Below, piece by piece: positions 51,117-58,135 of a stretch of DNA of 64,000 nt. How positions within the stretch are numbered: position 1 is the stretch's first letter; every line of letters starts with the position of its first letter. The stretch covers positions 704,001-768,000 of the forward strand of contig OZ246001.1 of NCBI GenBank assembly GCA_965230295.1, in the 5' to 3' direction. The notes under the pieces were generated by a model, which was not told the origin of the DNA, searched no databases, and was given only the letters and a program-made list of their open reading frames with translations. The position numbers and the translations under genes were made by a program. This DNA comes from Marinicella sp. (GTDB lineage Bacteria; Pseudomonadota; Gammaproteobacteria; Xanthomonadales; Marinicellaceae).

Positions 51117-52649
51117 ATGCGAAACAATCCACTCTGGGATCAACTAACTGAACTGGCCGAACAAGCTGAATTGAGAAATTTATCCCGCTTGTGGCAAAAC
51201 CCTGAAAGGCATCAGGCTTTGGTATTTGAGCATGAAAACATTTACCTGGATTTATCCAAAAACTGGATTGATGAAAAGGTGTTGTCAACACTGTGCCAAT
51301 TGGCTGAACATGCACAACTGCAAGCTGCGATTGAAAACCTGTTTACTGGTCAAGTGGTCAATACCACTGATCAATTACCCGCCACCCACACCACATTAAG
51401 AGACCCAGATCACCCCAACTACCAGCGCAACACGGATGCCATTTTTGAACTGGCTGATCAAGTCAATACCGGTCAAGTTAAAACAGCCTTTGGAAAATCA
51501 GTGAAACAATTGGTTAACATCGGCATCGGTGGCTCCTACCTTGGACCACGTTTGGTCGTCGAGGCCTTGACCGAACTACAAAGCGAAAGTCGCATACCTG
51601 TCTACTTTGCTGCCAGTGTTGATGATTCGTTGATCAATCAACTGTTCAAATCAATTGATATTGAACATTGTTTATTTTGTATCAGCTCTAAAAGTTTCTC
51701 AACGGTTGAAACTTTGATGAATGCCCGCGCCATTCAAGCCAAACTCAAACAAATTCCAGGCTATGCACCTAACCCATCACAAAGTTCATTGATGGCCATC
51801 ACAGCCAACCAAACCAGGGCACAACAAGCAGGCATACCTGCTCACATGATCTTGCCATTCGATCAATCAGTAGGTGGGCGCTTTTCACTGTGGTCTGCCA
51901 TTGGTTTCCCCATTGTCTTGGCTGCTGGGAAACAACAGTTTGAGGAGCTTCTTGTAGGGGCTCATGTTATGGATGAGCATTATCGTCATGAATCATTTGA
52001 ACAAAATATTCCGGTACTGATGGCTCTGATTTCTATCTGGTACAGAAATTTTATGGGTCTATCGGCCTACAGTTGTTTACCTTATGATGCCAGGTTACGC
52101 AGTTTGCCAAAATGGCTTCAACAACTGATGATGGAAAGCGCAGGCAAGATGCACAACATCCATGGAGATGTCATTAATTACCCAACCACCCCTTGGGTGT
52201 TTGGCGACCATGGACAATTGTCACAACATGCTTTTTTCCAGGCATTTCATCAAGGTGTTGACGCCCTCCCACTCGATTTCATAGGTGTACTGGAACACAA
52301 GTCCCCCAGTCAGGACTTTTTGTTGTTCAATCTGATTGCCCAAGGCGCAGCTTTGATGCAGGGCAAGGAAGAAGACCACAGCATGAAAGGCTGCCCGGGG
52401 AATAAGCCCAGTACCACTTTGCTGCTCAAGAATTTGTCGGCCAAATCCGTCGGACAATTGCTTGCCATGTATGAACACATGATCTATACCCAGTCAGTGA
52501 TTTGGAACATCAACTGTTTTGACCAACCCGGTGTTGAACTTGGCAAGGCCATTGCCAGAGACATCCAGGAACATGTTGAAAATAACACTTTAAATGAGAT
52601 GGCATTGGACCCATCTACCATGGCACTGATTAAGAAAGTGATGGAATAA
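51117..52649 (+). CDS. pgi: glucose-6-phosphate isomerase (short, divergent)
   Basis: NIGIGGS, SKSFST.ET, VGGRFSLWSAIG, QQLMMESAGK, QHAFFQ..HQG, FDQPGVELGK. Confidence 0.93.
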   Translation: MRNNPLWDQLTELAEQAELRNLSRLWQNPERHQALVFEHENIYLDLSKNWIDEKVLSTLCQLAEHAQLQAAIENLFTGQVVNTTDQLPATHTTLRDPDHPNYQRNTDAIFELADQVNTGQVKTAFGKSVKQLVNIGIGGSYLGPRLVVEALTELQSESRIPVYFAASVDDSLINQLFKSIDIEHCLFCISSKSFSTVETLMNARAIQAKLKQIPGYAPNPSQSSLMAITANQTRAQQAGIPAHMILPFDQSVGGRFSLWSAIGFPIVLAAGKQQFEELLVGAHVMDEHYRHESFEQNIPVLMALISIWYRNFMGLSAYSCLPYDARLRSLPKWLQQLMMESAGKMHNIHGDVINYPTTPWVFGDHGQLSQHAFFQAFHQGVDALPLDFIGVLEHKSPSQDFLLFNLIAQGAALMQGKEEDHSMKGCPGNKPSTTLLLKNLSAKSVGQLLAMYEHMIYTQSVIWNINCFDQPGVELGKAIARDIQEHVENNTLNEMALDPSTMALIKKVME

Positions 52650-52654
52650 TAGTT

Positions 52655-53677
52655 ATGACCCACATGCCTGAAAACCATGATCCTGTGACAGGACAAACCA
52701 TAGAGAAATCAATCGACATCAATCGCAAGAAAGGACGAGCAGAGTTTCGCTTTCCAACAGGCGACTTTAAACCCGAGTACCAAGAAGCTTTACAAAACAT
52801 CTGTGAAGTTGATGAAGTGAAATTGTCAGAAACGATCCGCCAACACCAAGTCAAAGAAGGCATCAAGCCCATCAAAGGCGTCAAGAACATCATTGCCGTG
52901 GCCTCTGGCAAAGGCGGCGTTGGTAAGTCAACGATGAGTGTTATGTTGGCCAACAGTCTTCAGCAATTGGGTGCTCGCGTGGGCATTCTAGATGCCGATA
53001 TTTATGGGCCCAGCATCCCGAAAATGCTGGGGGTCAAACAAAAACCAGAATCGCCAGATCAAAAATCTTTCCTCCCCATTGATGCCAATGGCTTACAGAC
53101 CATGTCGCTGGGATACATTTTGGGGGAAAAGGATCCAGCCATATGGCGTGGTGCCATGGTGACCAAAGCCCTGATGCAAATGGTTGAAGACACCCGCTGG
53201 TCAAAATTAGATTATTTGATTATGGACTTACCACCAGGAACTGGTGATATCCAGTTAACCATGATTCAAAAAATCCCTGTGACTGCCGCCGTGTTGGTCA
53301 CCACGCCTCAAGACATTGCCTTGTTGGATGCGCAGAAGGCCTTGGCCATGTTTCAGAAAGTTGAGATCCCGGTATTGGGGGTGATCGAAAACATGAGTAC
53401 ATACGTCTGTGAACAGTGTGGTCACGAAGCACATATTTTTGGCCAGGATGGCGGCCAAAAAATGGCACAAGAATTTGACGTTCCCTTGCTGGGACAGGTG
53501 CCCCTCAATATAAACATCAGAACCCAAATGGATGATGGCCAACCTGATGTCCTGTGGCATACCGAGAGCAATCTGAATGACAAAGCACTAAAGATCGCTT
53601 TGCGAGCAGCTCAAAACCTGGCTAAACTGCCCATTAAATTCAGCCTTACTGACAGTTTAAAATTGCATAAAATCTAA
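52655..53677 (+). CDS. apbC: Fe-S cluster carrier ATPase Mrp/ApbC
   Basis: ASGKGGVGKST, DADIYGPS, WRG, DLPPGTGD, ENMS..CEQC. Confidence 0.94.
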   Translation: MTHMPENHDPVTGQTIEKSIDINRKKGRAEFRFPTGDFKPEYQEALQNICEVDEVKLSETIRQHQVKEGIKPIKGVKNIIAVASGKGGVGKSTMSVMLANSLQQLGARVGILDADIYGPSIPKMLGVKQKPESPDQKSFLPIDANGLQTMSLGYILGEKDPAIWRGAMVTKALMQMVEDTRWSKLDYLIMDLPPGTGDIQLTMIQKIPVTAAVLVTTPQDIALLDAQKALAMFQKVEIPVLGVIENMSTYVCEQCGHEAHIFGQDGGQKMAQEFDVPLLGQVPLNINIRTQMDDGQPDVLWHTESNLNDKALKIALRAAQNLAKLPIKFSLTDSLKLHKI

Positions 53678-53722
53678 ATGTTGAACTTGTTTAACCAACC
53701 AATCAAATGAATTAAAAAAACT

Positions 53723-54292
53723 ATGAGCATAAAATCAGACAAATGGATTCGCCGCATGGCTGAAGAACACAACATGATCAACCCTTTTGAACCCAATCAA
53801 GTTCGAACCACAGCCCGCAACAACAAGATCATTTCTTACGGTACTTCCAGTTATGGTTATGATGTGCGATGTTCAGATGAATTTAAAATTTTTCACAACA
53901 TCAACTCTTCGATCGTTGACCCCAAAAAGTTTGATCGAAAAAGCTTTGTAGACGTCAAGTCTGATGTTTGTATCATCCCTCCGAACTCCTTCTGTTTGGC
54001 TCGTACCGTTGAACACATCAAGATTCCACGTAATGTTTTGACCATTTGTTTGGGCAAATCGACTTATGCGCGCTGTGGCATCATCGTCAACGTTACCCCA
54101 CTTGAACCAGAGTGGGAAGGACATGTGACATTAGAGTTTTCAAACACCACACCCTTACCAGCTAAGATTTATGCCAATGAAGGTGTGGCCCAATTCTTAT
54201 TCTTTGAGTCAGATGAAGTGTGTGATGTGTCATATAAAGACCGAGGTGGTAAGTACCAGGGCCAGCAAGGTGTCACATTACCCAAGGCCTGA
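53723..54292 (+). CDS. dcd: dCTP deaminase
   Basis: [43 protein letters not shown]. Confidence 0.96.
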   Translation: MSIKSDKWIRRMAEEHNMINPFEPNQVRTTARNNKIISYGTSSYGYDVRCSDEFKIFHNINSSIVDPKKFDRKSFVDVKSDVCIIPPNSFCLARTVEHIKIPRNVLTICLGKSTYARCGIIVNVTPLEPEWEGHVTLEFSNTTPLPAKIYANEGVAQFLFFESDEVCDVSYKDRGGKYQGQQGVTLPKA

Positions 54293-55059
54293 TGCAAATC
54301 AACCTGATCGGCAGTGGCTGGTTGGCTAAACCACTGGCCCAACACTTACTTACCGTTGGACATCGGGTATGGGTCACCACCACACAAACAGAAAAAATCG
54401 CAGAATTGGAGGCAGTTAACCTGCGTGTTCTGCGATATTCGTTGGGTGATCAACTGTCAGACCCCAGTCTATTATTCGATACGGATGTGCTGATCATTGC
54501 CATCACCAGTAAAGACCTGGCAGCTTTCAATGTGCTGATGGATCAAATCAACGATTCAGCCTGTAAACACATCGTATTCATCAGCTCCACTTCAGTTTAC
54601 CTTAATGATGGCCAAAGCCATGATGAATCCAGTGAGGCTTTGAACCATGACAACCCATTACTGCAAATCGAAAGGTTGATCCAGACTCATCCCTCAACCA
54701 CCATCATTCGCATGGCCGGGCTGGTTGGGCCAGGCAGACACCCTGGTCGATTCTTCCAACACGGCAAGGTGCTGAAAAACCCAAACGCAGCTGTTAACTT
54801 AATTCACCTGGATGATTGCATCGGTGTCATAGAATCAGTAATTGAACACAATGCATGGAATGAAATCATCAATGCTTGTGCCAACACCCATCCTGATAAA
54901 ATCACCTTCTACACAGCCATGGCCAATCAAATGGGTTTACCGGCGCCCATTTGTGAAGAGGATACCGATGGCAGCTTTAAAATCATTGCGAACAACAAAC
55001 TGGAAAACACTTTGAAGTATGCATTGATTCATGCTGACGTCATGAAAATGAAATTCTAA
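54292..55059 (+). CDS. NAD(P)-binding atypical SDR/epimerase (YeeZ-like)
   Basis: IGSGWLA, ISSTSVY, R.AGL.GPGRHP, VNLIH.DD. Confidence 0.85.
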   Translation: MQINLIGSGWLAKPLAQHLLTVGHRVWVTTTQTEKIAELEAVNLRVLRYSLGDQLSDPSLLFDTDVLIIAITSKDLAAFNVLMDQINDSACKHIVFISSTSVYLNDGQSHDESSEALNHDNPLLQIERLIQTHPSTTIIRMAGLVGPGRHPGRFFQHGKVLKNPNAAVNLIHLDDCIGVIESVIEHNAWNEIINACANTHPDKITFYTAMANQMGLPAPICEEDTDGSFKIIANNKLENTLKYALIHADVMKMKF

Positions 55060-55095
55060 AAAAAACCATCAAACTGAATGTTTGATGGTTTTTTT
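55059..55095. terminator. bidirectional Rho-independent terminator
   Basis: A-run-CCATCAAAC-TGAAT-GTTTGATGG-T-run between convergent genes. Confidence 0.88.
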
Positions 55096-55117
55096 GGATG
55101 CAGCTGTTTAATGTGTG

Positions 55118-55324
55118 TTATTCAGCAGGTTCCTCTTTGTTGGCATTGCCAATATTGAATAACAACAAACCCAAACCTATCTCAATATAAGATGAGTATT
55201 TCCACAATAAATCAGGCAATGTAACACCTAATCTTCCCCATAAATCAAAGCCTGCATAACTTCCAATCAAGTCTACAGCGCCCATCACGATCAACAAAAT
55301 ACCAATAATTTTTAATGCTTTCAT
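55118..55324 (-). CDS. small two-TM hypothetical membrane protein
   Basis: 68 aa, two hydrophobic segments, upstream purine-rich RBS, downstream terminator. Confidence 0.7.
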   Translation of the reverse strand: MKALKIIGILLIVMGAVDLIGSYAGFDLWGRLGVTLPDLLWKYSSYIEIGLGLLLFNIGNANKEEPAE

Positions 55325-55458
55325 AGCGTTCTCTGTCCTTTATTTGATGTTGAGTGGAGGTGTTAGAATAACCCCCTGCAATTTCAAAAGGTACCCCTTG
55401 TACCCACTGAAGCCAATTGATTATAAAGCAATTTTCTGAACAACGGTTTAAAAAATCT

Positions 55459-55880
55459 ATTTAACCATTGTCAAGACTCATCACACGACAAACCGTGTGG
55501 AAATACTCTAGAACCAAAATTGGAGAACTGTCGGACAGTTTGGCCGGCGCAGGTAATGAAAGCATGGTGGTTTACCTGAAAGGTAATAAGACTTGCTTGA
55601 ATACCGTAGCGCGTGCACTCGGTTGGCGAAGCCTTGCTGGTCGCTTCCGCATCCTGCTCATGCGACAGACCTACATCCCTGTAGGCCAGCCAGAGAGTGC
55701 AAGCCCGAAGTAGCAAGCCATGTCCGACGAGGCCGCTTTCACTTTTGTCAGGAATAGACATCCGAAGTGAGCAAACGCGAACTTGAGGTCAAATAAGAGT
55801 TAGAAGATGCTGGTTTTTTTGTGCAACAAAAAAGAAGGCATTTCTAACCATTCTCCAGAATGAAGTCCCAAGGACATTCA
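55459..55880. other. ORF-less, highly structured intergenic element (ncRNA or ssDNA/recombination platform)
   Basis: Nested complementary segments: 55521-27/55851-57, 55529-37/55721-29, 55614-20/55695-701, 55636-40/55686-90, 55739-44/55765-70, 55799-805/55842-48; GC-richer than its flanks. Confidence 0.6.
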
Positions 55881-57197
55881 TTAATATACGATGGCTTTGA
55901 TCTGTGCTTCCAACTCTGCCACCAACTCAACATGGTGTTGTCCAGTACCTGGACCAGCAAAACCAGAATGTACATTGACTACTTGGTGGTTGCGATCTAA
56001 GAATATACTGGTGGGGTAAGCCACCACCCGATCCAGAAAACCCAACACCTTGGCCGCTTCTTTTTTGTCATTGATTCCGGCACGCAGTAAGGGGTATTCG
56101 ATACCAAAACGCTTTTTGAATTCACCCATCTGTTTTTTATCTCGAGCCACATCTTCGGTAAACTCAAAAGCCAGACCCACAATTTCTAAACCATCTTTGT
56201 GGTACTTGTTATAAAAATCAACCAACACAGGCGCCTCGTCATTACAATTTGGACACCAGGTCCCAAATAAGTTGATCAAGACAGGTTTGCCTTGAAAGCG
56301 TTCATCAGTTAATTGAACCAGTTGGCCATTGAGGTCTTCAAAGGCAAAAGAAACGGAGTTATCTTCAGTGGTGATTTCAACCATATCCCAACTGTCTGGT
56401 AACACCGCATAAGCATCCTCATCCAATTGTGCTGTCCAACTGGCATAATAGGTGTCCCTGGACCAAAACCCACCTTTCAATTGCCCGTCATTCAATGTGG
56501 CATCAAACAAAAAAGCATGGGCACCATCAAAAGCCGATAACTTCAAAGAACCATCTATGGCATGGCCTGCTAAGAATCGATAGTCTCCAGTAGGGGTTAA
56601 AAACGTACCATTCACTTTCTGACCATTTTGTTGAAATTCACCCACACCAACCGATGTTCCATCTTCGTCAATAAATTCAGCTTGCCAAACGCCTTCTACT
56701 ACAGTCTCAACACTGTTATCTGTCGCCACTTCAAACCGATATGGAAATCCTTTGGTTGCCGAGAAGGGTAACTTTGATATTTTTCCAGGCGCTGTTTTTG
56801 ACCATTCACCAGCCATTTGTTGACCAGACACATCTATCTTGGCCTTGATTCGGGCATCATACCAACTGAACTGGATTTCGATGTCTTGACCATTCATGAC
56901 CACTGCAGATGTATCCACCCGTTCAGGACCATTGAGTATTTTAGCGGTATAGCCATCTTGACCTTTGGCCAGTTGAATACCAAAAGGCAACTCACCGCCC
57001 GGAGATTGCAGCACACCACGCCATAAACCAGCGATGCTGGGCTGCATAGGGACAGCGGCCAATTGAGACTCTTGTTCTTTAGGCTGTGACTGGGTCACTG
57101 GTTGATTTTCTTTGGAATCACAGGCCAGTAACATGACAAACATTATCAGTGGGATTAATTTTTTCATAAGAATAGGAGTCAAATACGATGAATTCAT
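55881..57197 (-). CDS. lipoprotein with two N-terminal beta domains and a C-terminal TlpA-like redoxin domain
   Basis: Lipobox LLAC (likely ATG 57167); repeated G.W modules, TGDYRFL, FDGAH; GTWCPNC, AYPT. Confidence 0.85.
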   Translation of the reverse strand: MNSSYLTPILMKKLIPLIMFVMLLACDSKENQPVTQSQPKEQESQLAAVPMQPSIAGLWRGVLQSPGGELPFGIQLAKGQDGYTAKILNGPERVDTSAVVMNGQDIEIQFSWYDARIKAKIDVSGQQMAGEWSKTAPGKISKLPFSATKGFPYRFEVATDNSVETVVEGVWQAEFIDEDGTSVGVGEFQQNGQKVNGTFLTPTGDYRFLAGHAIDGSLKLSAFDGAHAFLFDATLNDGQLKGGFWSRDTYYASWTAQLDEDAYAVLPDSWDMVEITTEDNSVSFAFEDLNGQLVQLTDERFQGKPVLINLFGTWCPNCNDEAPVLVDFYNKYHKDGLEIVGLAFEFTEDVARDKKQMGEFKKRFGIEYPLLRAGINDKKEAAKVLGFLDRVVAYPTSIFLDRNHQVVNVHSGFAGPGTGQHHVELVAELEAQIKAIVY

Positions 57198-57304
57198 TAC
57201 ATTATAAGTATTTTATTTGGGCTAAAAGCTTTTTCACTGGCAAAATAATTAAAATATATAAAGCCACAGTGTGTTGGTATAACCCGGATTAAGAACTGTT
57301 TAAT

Positions 57305-57706
57305 ATGACCATGACCAAGCATCAAAGACCATATGACAAGCTAAAATGTCGGCTCGTTTTGGTTATGATGTCTTTGAGCCTGTTGAGTTCCTGCAAGCAT
57401 GATCGGTATATAGTGGTGGTCATCAACAACACCGATCAAACCATAAATCATGTCACCATGTGGTATGACGACATGCCTTTCAAATATGAAACCATCAAAT
57501 CCAAAACAAAAGAAACCGGGATTTTTGAACAACACCGTTTAACTGATCAAATTAAACTGACCTGGACCGATCAAAACAACATCGAACACTCACAGACGTT
57601 TGACACATTTAAATTCGTTCCTAAAAACTATGACAATGGACGGATACACCTCAAATATCACTCTGACAACCAATTCACCATGTCTTTTGACAACACCGCC
57701 TTCTAA
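57305..57706 (+). CDS. hypothetical lipoprotein
   Basis: Lipobox LSSC then a beta-rich domain (V.NNT...I..V); AT-rich. Confidence 0.65.
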   Translation: MTMTKHQRPYDKLKCRLVLVMMSLSLLSSCKHDRYIVVVINNTDQTINHVTMWYDDMPFKYETIKSKTKETGIFEQHRLTDQIKLTWTDQNNIEHSQTFDTFKFVPKNYDNGRIHLKYHSDNQFTMSFDNTAF

Positions 57707-57744
57707 AATAAACAACCAACTCTTGGAAAGCCACTAAGTAGATA

Positions 57745-58135
57745 ACCCGTTGAGACGGGTAGGCAAATCATATAACCATGGCGGTTTTGCGTAGCAAAGA
57801 AGCCTTGATTATATGATTGATAAACCGTGAGCTTCCGCAAGTCAGAAGCTCACTCATCTAAGATTACCCCATTCATGGTGGTTTTTGCCAACAACAGAAA
57901 CCTTGATTGGGTTACAAATAATGTGAGCAGTTGGCGAGCTCCTGCGAGTCAGAAGCTCACTCATCTAAGACCACCCCATTCATGGTGGTTTTTGCCAAAG
58001 GCAAAAGAAGCCTTGAATGGGTTACAAATAATGTGAGCCGTTGGCGAGCTCCTGCGAGTCAGAAGCTCACTCATCTAAGACCACCCCATTCATGGTGGTT
58101 TTTGCCAAAGGCAAAAGAAGCCTTGAATGGGTTAC
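57745..58135. repeat. tandem array of alternating palindromes (110-bp unit; REP/BIME-like)
   Basis: Two near-identical 110-bp units, one ~107-bp degenerate unit and a further diverged hairpin; no unique spacers. Confidence 0.9.

Noticed and set aside
55468-55761. Track ORFs of 81 aa (+) and 96 aa (-)
   Set aside because: No recognisable motifs or clear RBS, they overlap each other, and the region is dominated by base-pairing
55521-55857. tmRNA, RNase P, 6S, retron msr-msd or group II intron
   Set aside because: No tRNA-like ends or tag peptide, no GAGGAAAGUCC, no domain V, and no reverse transcriptase in the window
57745-58135. CRISPR array
   Set aside because: Sequences between the palindromes are repeated rather than unique spacers, the unit is 110 bp, and there are no cas genes
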